From positions 35,829 to 99,828 of the forward strand of contig JBARSJ010000071.1 in assembly GCA_049644685.1 (NCBI GenBank): a stretch of 64,000 nucleotides of DNA, read 5' to 3'. The notes under the pieces are model-generated. The model was not told where the DNA came from. It worked only from the letters and a program-made list of their open reading frames with translations, and made no database searches. The position numbers were made by a program, and so were the translations under genes. The first letter of the stretch is position 1. Every line of letters begins with the position of its first letter. This document shows, one piece after another, positions 50,897 through 58,970 of this stretch. This DNA is from Anaerolineales bacterium. GTDB taxonomy: Bacteria > Chloroflexota > Anaerolineae > Anaerolineales > UBA11858.

Positions 50897-51050
50897 AAAT
50901 CCAACAATCCTCACTATTTATTAATTACTGTCCTTCATCTCCCAGTCCCCCAGTCACCTGTCCTGAGTAGCGCGACAGAGGAGCGCGTATCGAAGGGCTC
51001 AGTCCCAATTTCACACCCTTTCTCCCTCCGGCGTATCCAGCCGGTCCTCA

Positions 51051-51209
51051 CTATTTACTACTTACTGAATACTGATTACGGGGATGGCATTTTTCATGGA
51101 AGAGAATGAATCGTCTGATCCAGCTGGAATAAGCCTGTTCGGTACGGTAGGCGTAATTTTTTCGGCGGATGGTATCCCGTACCTGGTCAAGCAGTTTCTT
51201 TTTGGTCAT
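51051..51209 (-). pseudogene. intI: integron integrase (IntI) remnant: N-terminal ~43 codons only
   Basis: Not in ORF track. My translation: MTKKKLLDQVRDTIRRKNYAYRTEQAYSSWIRRFILFHEKCHP|RNQYSVSSK*. The part before | matches the IntI N-terminal SAM-like domain (IntI1 [38 protein letters not shown]); RBS AAGGGGG. Confidence 0.8.
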
Positions 51210-51223
51210 CAAACCCCCTTAGA

Positions 51224-51251
51224 TTGTGAAAAGTTGCTGTTATGCTATACT
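51224..51251 (+). promoter_or_regulatory. candidate cassette promoter (Pc-like)
   Basis: TTGTGA (51224-51229) - 16 nt - TATACT (51246-51251), pointing into the cassette array just outside the intI start. Confidence 0.35.
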
Positions 51252-51293
51252 TTGATTATATACTACTCAACAAGGAGAAAACACTGTACTGCG

Positions 51294-51379
51294 CGATAAC
51301 ACAATAATATATTACATACCAATAGTAGGATAACAACCTAATGTGTTATCCCGCAGGTGAAACATAATTAACGTTAGGC
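51294..51379 (+). other. candidate attI region ending in core site GTTAGGC
   Basis: GTTAGGC at 51373-51379; core-like GTTATC boxes at 51294-51300 (inverted), 51328-51334 (inverted), 51345-51351 (direct); GGATAACA-n8-TGTTATCC inverted repeat 51328-51351. Confidence 0.55.
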
Positions 51380-51401
51380 AGCCATTCGATCGGGGATAAG
51401 T

Positions 51402-52064
51402 ATGTCACAGATACTACGAATTCTAATCTACGTCATATTTGGGATCCCACTCATCTTAATCGTGCTGCATACGATAGTGCGAATCATCAGGCACTTTTAT
51501 AAGTTTCCAATGCCCGAATTCTTTGCCAATATCATCGACAATCCACTTCGCCGGCGAATCCAGCCCCCAAATAACACCCCTACCAGGCATAAGATTGAAC
51601 CAGGAATGAAAGTTTTGGAAGTAGGTCCAGGAAATGGAAGCTATACAATGGCAACTGCCCGTAGAGTTGGGGAGAATGGAAAAGTCATAACAATAGATAT
51701 CGAACCGAAGATGATTGATCGAGTTATGAAGAGAGCCCAAATTGAGGGTATTAAGAATATAGAGGCTCGCGTTGCGAATGTATTTGACCTTCCTTTCGAA
51801 GATGGTTATTTCGATGCAGTTTATATGATTACTGTGATTGGTGAGATCCCCACTCCAGAGAGAGCGATGAGAGAGTTCTATCGGGTTTTATCGCCGCAAG
51901 GCACATTGTCATTCAGTGAACTATTAATGGATCCTGATTATCCGCTCGCAGGTTCGATCGAAAAAAATGCACATTCGGTCGGCTTCCGACTACAGGAAAA
52001 GGTCGGGAACTTCTTCCATTACACATTAATTTTCGAGAAGGATAATTTATTGAAAGCTGCCTAA
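51402..52064 (+). CDS. cassette 1: class I SAM-dependent methyltransferase with N-terminal TM helix
   Basis: VLEVGPGNGSYT (motif I), ITIDIEP, FDAVYM; stop TAA lies inside the attC R'' box GCCTAAC. Confidence 0.85.
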   Translation: MSQILRILIYVIFGIPLILIVLHTIVRIIRHFYKFPMPEFFANIIDNPLRRRIQPPNNTPTRHKIEPGMKVLEVGPGNGSYTMATARRVGENGKVITIDIEPKMIDRVMKRAQIEGIKNIEARVANVFDLPFEDGYFDAVYMITVIGEIPTPERAMREFYRVLSPQGTLSFSELLMDPDYPLAGSIEKNAHSVGFRLQEKVGNFFHYTLIFEKDNLLKAA

Positions 52065-52153
52065 CCCCCGCTTCACCCGACAGCCGGTTAGGGCGCCCAG
52101 AGTTAGAGAACTGGAAAGGAAGACCCGGCTGCGGGTGAGCTCATCCGTTATGC
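52059..52153 (+). other. attC site 1 (95 bp)
   Basis: R'' GCCTAAC ... R' GTTATGC; arms CACCCGACAGCCGG / CCGGCTGCGGGTG pair leaving an unpaired A. Confidence 0.85.
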
Positions 52154-52162
52154 TAAATCCGA

Positions 52163-52570
52163 GTGCTTGGAATGCAAATCTTTACAATGACTGATATTAC
52201 GATGAAGAAAGAGAAAAAATATTCACCGAGTGGCATTATTACTATTACATTACTGCTTTCTCTCGCAGTGGTCAATGCTTTTTGGTTAATCGCAAGTTGG
52301 CATGGTGGTGCTTTGATAGCCCTGGCATTCTATTTAGTAATATCTTATCTTTGCCTCAGAAGGCAACATTTCCAAGCAGGTGTAATCGCGGGTATCCTCG
52401 GATTTGGAATTCATATATATGAGTTATTTGTACTGGGGACGAGTGAATTGATAGGAATTGATCAAGTTTACTTCTACGTGAATCTGATTCTTCCTATTCC
52501 TCTCACTATCACAAGTTATTTGGCATCTCACAAGGAATCTGCTGGACATGAAGAGAAAACAAATTCTTAA
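52163..52570 (+). CDS. cassette 2: small 4-TM membrane protein, unknown function
   Basis: Hydrophobic helices; start uncertain (GTG 52163, ATG 52172/52187/52202). Confidence 0.6.
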   Translation: MLGMQIFTMTDITMKKEKKYSPSGIITITLLLSLAVVNAFWLIASWHGGALIALAFYLVISYLCLRRQHFQAGVIAGILGFGIHIYELFVLGTSELIGIDQVYFYVNLILPIPLTITSYLASHKESAGHEEKTNS

Positions 52571-52583
52571 ACTGAGAGATTAC

Positions 52584-52669
52584 GCATAACCCACGCTCCA
52601 CCCGAACCTTCGATACGCCCATTCGCTACTCTCAGGGCTTCTCAGGACGGGTGAGCTTTTCCGTTAGCC
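52584..52669 (+). other. attC site 2 (86 bp)
   Basis: R'' GCATAAC (reverse complement of cassette-2 start GTTATGC) ... R' GTTAGCC; loop consists of a CCTTCG...CTCAGGAC element. Confidence 0.8.
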
Positions 52670-52713
52670 AGCATAATAGCTCATATATCTGACCAATATA
52701 GGAGGAGGAATTC

Positions 52714-53394
52714 ATGCTTACAAACAGTCAGCTGATCAGAATAATTTCCCTCTTTTCCTTGCTTGTGTGTTTGCCCTTCATCACCGCTTGTTCAAACGCT
52801 GAGCAGGATCTCCCCCTGGAGCGGGTATCCCTGTCGAAACACGCTTGCATAAGTGGTAGCAGCTTTACCCCACACCTGCCATTAGGCGTCAATGATCAAA
52901 TCAAGGCACCGGCTCTCGCCGGAGGTACTGTCAGGTCCGGTGATTTCCTGATTTCACTCTGGTTAATTTGCGATCCATCCCTTGCCTCAGATGACCCGGA
53001 TTTCCCAGAATACTCATGGCAAGAGTTCAGCGAAGTGCGGTATCTGGGCTTCCTTTCTGGTTGGGAGTATTTAGGGGACCCCCCGGACCAGGAGATCAAG
53101 GAATCTTTGACAATCAATGGGGAGGTCATAAGTGGGCACATAATCGCATCTCACACCGACCCTGAAAGAAGCTTGTCTAGAGGCGAGGGGCATGCAAGTT
53201 ATGGTCCGATCAACACCGAAAACCAAATCGTTGCCCAGGCCCTTGCCGCTGGAGAACCCGTTGATATCGTACTTACTATCTTTGGTTCTAAAACCCTTGC
53301 CGAAGTGCACCTGCGCGCATCGTTTGAGGAAACGCCGGATGGCTACCGCCTTCTCAGTGCCGAGATCCTGACGAACACTGGAAAACTACCATAA
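52714..53394 (+). CDS. cassette 3: lipoprotein of unknown function
   Basis: Signal peptide plus lipobox LPFITAC; RBS GGAGGAGG. Confidence 0.7.
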   Translation: MLTNSQLIRIISLFSLLVCLPFITACSNAEQDLPLERVSLSKHACISGSSFTPHLPLGVNDQIKAPALAGGTVRSGDFLISLWLICDPSLASDDPDFPEYSWQEFSEVRYLGFLSGWEYLGDPPDQEIKESLTINGEVISGHIIASHTDPERSLSRGEGHASYGPINTENQIVAQALAAGEPVDIVLTIFGSKTLAEVHLRASFEETPDGYRLLSAEILTNTGKLP

Positions 53395-53552
53395 TTGATA
53401 ACAGGAGGGCTTTACCGCCATGTTGATTGGGTATACCTACCATCACTTGATCGGGTATCATTCCCCATAATTATTGGTGCCCCGGTGTTTTACAATCTTC
53501 TCTTACCGCTGTTTTCTTTTTCCTTAATGGTCTCCCGTTTTATCTGAATGCG

Positions 53553-53652
53553 GGCTAACCCCCGCTCCACCCGACAGCCAGGGGCGGACCGGGGACCGAA
53601 AACGGAAGACCGGGAAAAACAATCTGGCTGCGGGTGAGCTATTCCGTTGGGC
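53553..53652 (+). other. attC site 3 (100 bp)
   Basis: R'' GGCTAAC (reverse complement of cassette-3 start GTTAGCC) ... R' GTTGGGC; arms CACCCGACAGCCAG / CTGGCTGCGGGTG. Confidence 0.85.
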
Positions 53653-53737
53653 GGCTGCGTTGCATGGTCAAGCTTCGAGAGAGCCAAAATAGTTGAGCAA
53701 TATACAGATGGCAGTCACAGCAGGAGGTCATGATCTG

Positions 53738-54397
53738 ATGAAATCAAATGTTGAGATAATCCAAGATATCGTTGAGCAGGTCGTTAATCAAAAGAAAATC
53801 GATATATATGACCAGTACATCAGCGAGGATTACATCTCGCGAGGATCTCCATATGTCGGTATGGGTTTTTCTGTAGACAGCTCAGGGAATAAGCACATCA
53901 TTGAAATCATTGTCCCTGGCAGCCCTGCCGAGGGGAAGCTCCAGGTGGGAGACGAGCTGCTCTGGGCAGAGGATGAACACCAGCGTTGGGTCACTTATGA
54001 GGATATAAAGCAGCGTATTTTGCAGAGTTATCGGGGCAACAAATACAAGGTGGGAGTACGTCGGGGTAATCAGACTCTCGAGGGTGAATTGACCAAAGAT
54101 TTATTCAAGGGCTTCGATACCCCCAAGGATCAGGCAAAGTCGGATCTGCGGGAGTTTATGACGAAAGAATTTCCAGATTTAAAAGCCACCATAAAGCAAA
54201 TTCTCGCAGATGGGGATATGGTTGTTTGTTTGCTGGAGTATCGCGGTAACCACGCTAACTTCGAGCGAGAGGCAGTTTGGCGAGAGGCCTGGTTTGTACG
54301 CCTGTCTGAAGGGAAAATCGTCGAGGACTGGACTGTTTTTGATGGAACTTCCTACTTTAATCAGCTTGGCTTCCAGATCATTCCGCCTAGCACCTGA
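53738..54397 (+). CDS. cassette 4: SnoaL/ester-cyclase-like protein with PDZ-like insertion
   Basis: ATG 53738 sits 10 nt after AGGAGG (ORF track starts at TTG 53693); NVEIIQDIVEQV... and DMVVCLLEYRGNH...GKIVEDWTVFD flank VPGSPAEGKLQVGDELL. Confidence 0.65.
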   Translation: MKSNVEIIQDIVEQVVNQKKIDIYDQYISEDYISRGSPYVGMGFSVDSSGNKHIIEIIVPGSPAEGKLQVGDELLWAEDEHQRWVTYEDIKQRILQSYRGNKYKVGVRRGNQTLEGELTKDLFKGFDTPKDQAKSDLREFMTKEFPDLKATIKQILADGDMVVCLLEYRGNHANFEREAVWREAWFVRLSEGKIVEDWTVFDGTSYFNQLGFQIIPPST

Positions 54398-54489
54398 TAC
54401 ATCTCGAATTTAAGATCTTTTCCTGCGATCGATTTTGGTATGTTGCAGGAAGAATGGGAAAATAGGATTTGAAAATAGTACTAAACGCC

Positions 54490-54615
54490 GCCCAACCACG
54501 CGTTAACGCTGACCCGGTTGTCGCCACGCTCCAGCCTGCTAGGTCTCGCGTAAAATCTTTTCGTCGTGCGGGGTTTAGAAGTCAAACCGCTGGGTAGGTT
54601 ACGCAAATGTTGGGT
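54490..54615 (+). other. attC site 4 (126 bp), divergent sequence class
   Basis: GCCGCCCAAC is the exact reverse complement of cassette-4 start GTTGGGCGGC; R' GTTGGGT; arms GCGTTAACGCTGACCC / GGGTAGGTTACGC with unpaired T and G. Confidence 0.75.
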
Positions 54616-54666
54616 TGCAGAAAATCAAAGATCACATTTAGAACATCAAAGTCATAAGGAGCATCA

Positions 54667-55578
54667 ATGTGCACATGTGAGAAATCGAAGATTGTATTTG
54701 ATACGACCACGTTAGAGAAGATAGTCAATGATCCCCAATGGGTTCTTGAAAATGAAGAGAAATTTTGGGCTGAGTACCGAGCTCAGATATTGACACGTAA
54801 ATGGGCAGAACATGTCAAATATGAAATTCCATACGAAGAATGGAGAGAGAAGATTGAAGGGTGGAAAAACTTATCGCTAGATGAACGAGAAAACCATGAA
54901 TTAATGAAGGTCGCCCAGCGGATACTATCAGCAAAAGATGAGTTTCTAGAGAAAGCATTGCCGCATGATTGTTCATTTTTGCCGGATGGCGTTGATTTGA
55001 GCGTAACAGTGCAGTTCACAGCATTTGTTCCACCATTTGCGTTTGCGATGGAAGACCTTGTAATCGATGTGGCCTCGAAGTATTGGAAAGGTAATCCAGA
55101 ACATGTATTGAATTTGCTTGTTCATGAAATATTTCATGTGGGTTACAGTTATTATCTAACAATACAAAATGAAAAGGAATTAGTTGAAGAAAGTTTATAT
55201 AAAATTCTGGACAATATTGTGAATGAAGGAATATGCACATATGTAGGGTATTGTGCTTTGCCAATCTTTCCAGTAGAAGATGAGCGGGATTATCGAATGC
55301 TGGAATATAATGATGAAGTTCACAGGTTGTTTGCGGATACGAATACTGTACTTTCGCAATATGGCATATTATCTGATGAAGAATTACAAAAACTATCTTG
55401 GGATAAGGGTGTCATTGGACGGGCATATTACGTAACAGGTGCCCATATGTGCAAAACAATTGATGAGACTAAGGGCAGAGATGCATTGATTGAAGTTTAC
55501 TCAAAAGGACCAATCTCAATTATTGAATATTACAACACAGTTGCAAATGATGATCTGAAAATATTACTTCCTGAATGA
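54667..55578 (+). CDS. cassette 5: putative HExxH zinc-peptidase-like protein (DUF2268-like)
   Basis: LLVHEIFHVGY motif; RBS AAGGAG; family assignment tentative. Confidence 0.6.
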   Translation: MCTCEKSKIVFDTTTLEKIVNDPQWVLENEEKFWAEYRAQILTRKWAEHVKYEIPYEEWREKIEGWKNLSLDERENHELMKVAQRILSAKDEFLEKALPHDCSFLPDGVDLSVTVQFTAFVPPFAFAMEDLVIDVASKYWKGNPEHVLNLLVHEIFHVGYSYYLTIQNEKELVEESLYKILDNIVNEGICTYVGYCALPIFPVEDERDYRMLEYNDEVHRLFADTNTVLSQYGILSDEELQKLSWDKGVIGRAYYVTGAHMCKTIDETKGRDALIEVYSKGPISIIEYYNTVANDDLKILLPE

Positions 55579-55591
55579 TAAGACAAGTGCA

Positions 55592-55722
55592 ACCCAACCC
55601 TCCATGTAGCCGACCCAGCGGGGCTGGGATGGTGAGCGTGGCGAAAATTGCACTCGAAGGTTCTAGATTACAATATTCGGGATTGAAAATCCCCGCTGGA
55701 TCGGCTAATGAAATCGTTATGC
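55592..55722 (+). other. attC site 5 (131 bp), divergent sequence class
   Basis: GCAACCCAAC is the exact reverse complement of cassette-5 start GTTGGGTTGC; R' GTTATGC; arms CATGTAGCCGACCCAGCGGGG / CCCCGCTGGATCGGCTAATG with unpaired G. Confidence 0.75.
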
Positions 55723-55748
55723 GGTAAAAAGTTTTATCTAGGTAAAAA

Positions 55749-57053
55749 ATGGTTAAGAAAAATGTAATTAATATCTTTTGCTTGGTCCTTGTTCTTTCAA
55801 GCTGCTCACCAGTCGACAAACATAACCCCGATCAGCCAAGCACAGAAGAACGTATCGATGATCTTTTCACTCGCTATACCAATGCAGGTGAGTTTTCTGG
55901 CTCCATCCTAGTCGCTAAAGGAGATCAAGTTCTCTTTAGGAATGGCTATGGTTTTACGGATCGGGAAGAACAAATTCCCAATACCCCAGATACACAGTTT
56001 AGTATCCAATCAATTACTAAACTTTTCACCTATGCCTCTGTAATGATGGAAGTTAAAGCAGACCATATTTCACTAAATGACCCAGTTGAGCAATATTTCC
56101 CCGGTTTTCCCAATGGTGACAAGATCACGATTGACCACCTCCTCCACCATCGGTCGGGACTCTTCCATTACCCTCATGAAGTACCCGATCATGAATACGG
56201 ATCACTCTCGACCCCCATCACAATCAATGCTCTGATCAAAGAATTCGAAGGCTATCCGTTGAAGTTTGAGCCTGGAGAACAATACGGATACAGCAACGCA
56301 GGCTACTCTATACTGGCGAGAGTAGTTGAGAATCTGAACGATACACCTTTTGACGAGTACCTTGAGGCAAAACTCTTCGCTCCCACGGGAATGCACCAGA
56401 CTACAGCTGATTGGGAAACAGCCTCTCAGGATATTGCAATAGGGTACGAGAAAGTGGATGGTGAGTTCATTCGCAGCTCAGCCGATCACCCATCCCACTT
56501 CATTGGGTCCGGAACAACCTACACCACGATTGACGATATGTATAGCTGGTACAAAGCCGTTTATATCAACGGCTCGATGTCTGAATTCTCATCTGGGGGA
56601 GGAGATGGTGGCGGGATGGGATACCGAGCTATATTCTGGCCTATACCCTCCTTCGATCTGGTAATCATTATCCTGAGTAACTATCGGGATGCACCTGTTT
56701 ATGAGCTTGTAACTGAGGTGGTTGATATTCTGTTAGAAGAGACCACATTCATTGATCATGATCCAAAAACCTTGGAAGCTTTAATTGGTCACTACATGGC
56801 TGATTCGGGTTATGGAGTATTCAACTACCGGATTTATGGATCAAATGAAAAATTATTTGTGTCAGTCACCGATTTCCTTGGTGTATCACGCGTCTATGAA
56901 CTCCGCCCCATCTCACCAAATCAACTCGCATTCTTGACGGATGGACGGCTCACGGGCCAAACGCTCACATTCAAATGGGGGGAAGATGCCAATTCTCACG
57001 AGTTTCTGTTCGACATGAACTTATTGCAGTTGAAGGCCATACGCGATGATTAA
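55749..57053 (+). CDS. cassette 6: beta-lactamase-fold serine hydrolase (class C/PBP-like) lipoprotein
   Basis: Lipobox VLSSC; SxxK (SITK), YxN (YSN); 434 aa. Confidence 0.8.
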   Translation: MVKKNVINIFCLVLVLSSCSPVDKHNPDQPSTEERIDDLFTRYTNAGEFSGSILVAKGDQVLFRNGYGFTDREEQIPNTPDTQFSIQSITKLFTYASVMMEVKADHISLNDPVEQYFPGFPNGDKITIDHLLHHRSGLFHYPHEVPDHEYGSLSTPITINALIKEFEGYPLKFEPGEQYGYSNAGYSILARVVENLNDTPFDEYLEAKLFAPTGMHQTTADWETASQDIAIGYEKVDGEFIRSSADHPSHFIGSGTTYTTIDDMYSWYKAVYINGSMSEFSSGGGDGGGMGYRAIFWPIPSFDLVIIILSNYRDAPVYELVTEVVDILLEETTFIDHDPKTLEALIGHYMADSGYGVFNYRIYGSNEKLFVSVTDFLGVSRVYELRPISPNQLAFLTDGRLTGQTLTFKWGEDANSHEFLFDMNLLQLKAIRDD

Positions 57054-57118
57054 TATTGGGATAGATTGGTTGCGATTGATCAAGTTTTGATACTGTTATT
57101 AATTGTAAGAATTCGACC

Positions 57119-57244
57119 GCTTAACCCCCGCTCCACCTGACTGCCGGTTTTTTACTGTTATCCCGCTTTTATTCCCCCTTATCGGTTTCAGTTCTATAAT
57201 CAATACCAGAAACACCTGGCAGCAGGTGAGCTCATCCGTTATAA
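57119..57244 (+). other. attC site 6 (126 bp)
   Basis: ACCGCTTAAC vs expected ACCGCATAAC (9/10 to cassette-6 start); R' GTTATAA; arms CACCTGACTGCCGG / CCTGGCAGCAGGTG. Confidence 0.8.
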
Positions 57245-57283
57245 AGCAATTAGGAATACGGCTAACTCCATGGAGGTAAATTC

Positions 57284-58108
57284 GTGGATACAAAGAACGT
57301 TACCCTTCTACTATTCTCCCTCTTCTTCCTTTGCAGTGCCTGTCAAAACACTTTACCTGAACCCAATCCAACCCAAACCATTTCTTTGACACCTATCGAT
57401 TCTCCCATCCCAACACAGGTGAAACCAACAGCTGTCCCGGAATCAGAAGTAATCCCAATCAATGAAGACTGGAATGTATATAAAAATCACCGTTTGGGAT
57501 TTTCAATCAAGATCCCAGCCAACCCGATCTGGAGCAGTGGTGCTCAATGTTCAGAGTTAAATTTACCAGAAGAAGGCTTTTTACCAGTTGCCGTCATTGA
57601 AAGAGAAGATCGGATTTACATCACCACAGAAACAGCTCTTCAGTTCCCATATTCAGAACGGGAGGAGTCCCTCGAGGTTAAGCCCGCCAGGGGAGAGAAT
57701 TGTGAGATTGTTAAAGTTACCCTGGAACTCCTCGAAAACGAAGATTATTTTCCTTTGGATCTCTGGGAAATTGCTATCAAACCAATAATGTCAGAAAATG
57801 ATCTCGAGTTTTTCGTAGACGAATATTACGGTGATTGCTATTATGTAACAGAAAAAACTCCCCTGAGCGACAGGGGATTAATAAAAGTAAAAATCAGTGG
57901 TAATGAAGATCCTAATGTAGATCCTGACGCTACCTGCGTGGTGCGCTGGGGTTATCTCTATTATTATTCAGTGGAGTTCTCAAGAGCTGCCACATGGATG
58001 TTCGGCCAGAGCTTGCATTTTTGCGCCAGCGGAGCCAACCAGGATTGTTATGATAACGATATGCTGCGCAGCTTTGAGTTCATTCCTGTCATATATCCAC
58101 CGGAATAA
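57284..58108 (+). CDS. cassette 7: Cys-containing lipoprotein of unknown function
   Basis: GTG start 7 nt after GGAGGT; lipobox FLCSAC. Confidence 0.7.
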   Translation: MDTKNVTLLLFSLFFLCSACQNTLPEPNPTQTISLTPIDSPIPTQVKPTAVPESEVIPINEDWNVYKNHRLGFSIKIPANPIWSSGAQCSELNLPEEGFLPVAVIEREDRIYITTETALQFPYSEREESLEVKPARGENCEIVKVTLELLENEDYFPLDLWEIAIKPIMSENDLEFFVDEYYGDCYYVTEKTPLSDRGLIKVKISGNEDPNVDPDATCVVRWGYLYYYSVEFSRAATWMFGQSLHFCASGANQDCYDNDMLRSFEFIPVIYPPE

Positions 58109-58112
58109 TGTT

Positions 58113-58277
58113 TTATAACCCCCGCTCCACCCGACAGCCAGGTTGGATGGCAATTATAATGGGATGGGCATTAAATCTTTAATAACAAGACCAGCAGACT
58201 TTTTGTTTTATACTGATTAAGGGCTGCGGGTGCCCTTCGCTGTACTCAGGATGCTTCGCGAAGCTCATCCGTTAGGC
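58113..58277 (+). other. attC site 7 (165 bp) with nested 29-nt insert
   Basis: R'' TTATAAC ... R' GTTAGGC; GGGTG[CCCTTCGCTGTACTCAGGATGCTTCGCGA]AGCTCATCC. Confidence 0.8.
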
Positions 58278-58440
58278 TTTTTTTTTAATAATCATTGTTT
58301 GGCCTTTGGATCATGTGGGTTATGCAGAAACTATAAACGATGTGATTGTCAGTCACAATAAGACAAGTTGAAACAATAAAAGTATAATGCCATCACCATT
58401 CACAAGTTCGATATGAAAAATCTATTTAGGAGAATAATCA

Positions 58441-58779
58441 ATGGAAAGTTCTAATAAAACAAACCATCTGGCAATTGTTAGTTTTGTTAGTGGGATGATA
58501 GCCCTCATATGTATTGTGTTAATATTTGTATTTTACAACTCGGCAGAAACCGCAGAGGGCATCATCAACATCACAGATGGAATAATAATGCCTGTGCGAA
58601 ATCTCTGTGTGATAGTGACGCTATTAACGGGTATTCTTGCGGTTAAAGATATAAAGAAAACGGGCGGAACTAAAAAAGGAAAAATATTTTCCTGGTTCGG
58701 CATAGTTGTTGGAGCTGGCTGGATCCTCTTTGGATTGCTTGTTGGCATAACATTTCTCATAGCTGAAATTCTTCACTGA
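58441..58779 (+). CDS. cassette 8: small 3-TM membrane protein (DUF4190-like)
   Basis: RBS AGGAG; HLAIVSFVSGMIALICIVLIF-type helices. Confidence 0.6.
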   Translation: MESSNKTNHLAIVSFVSGMIALICIVLIFVFYNSAETAEGIINITDGIIMPVRNLCVIVTLLTGILAVKDIKKTGGTKKGKIFSWFGIVVGAGWILFGLLVGITFLIAEILH

Positions 58780-58812
58780 ATCCTTAAGCTGAGAATAGAA
58801 TCGCCAAGAGCC

Positions 58813-58967
58813 ACCTTACTCCCGCTCCACTAGACAGCAAGATGGACGCTGCGCTCACGACAGGGGTAAAGAGACGGAAGACGGGAGACCGGAGGTCGCT
58901 TCGCTTCCGACCGGGTAGACTGATACTGATACTTAGATCCTTCTGCGAGTGAGTTCATCCGGTAGGC
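58813..58967 (+). other. attC site 8 (155 bp), both core boxes mutated
   Basis: ACCTTAC in place of RYYYAAC and GGTAGGC in place of GTTRRRY; internal blocks CCCGCTCCAC...GAGTTCATCC conserved. Confidence 0.65.
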
Positions 58968-58970
58968 ACT

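Noticed and set aside
51084-51299. 71-aa plus-strand ORF from the track
   Set aside because: It is the antisense shadow of the IntI N-terminal stub. It has no RBS and runs into the promoter/attI region.
51346-51366. parS-like half site (CAGGTGAAACA) next to the parAB region
   Set aside because: Only the right half resembles TGTTNCACGTGAAACA, and the left half does not match. It overlaps the putative attI boxes.
53490-53687. 65-aa minus-strand ORF
   Set aside because: It spans attC3. The reading frame is created by the palindrome.
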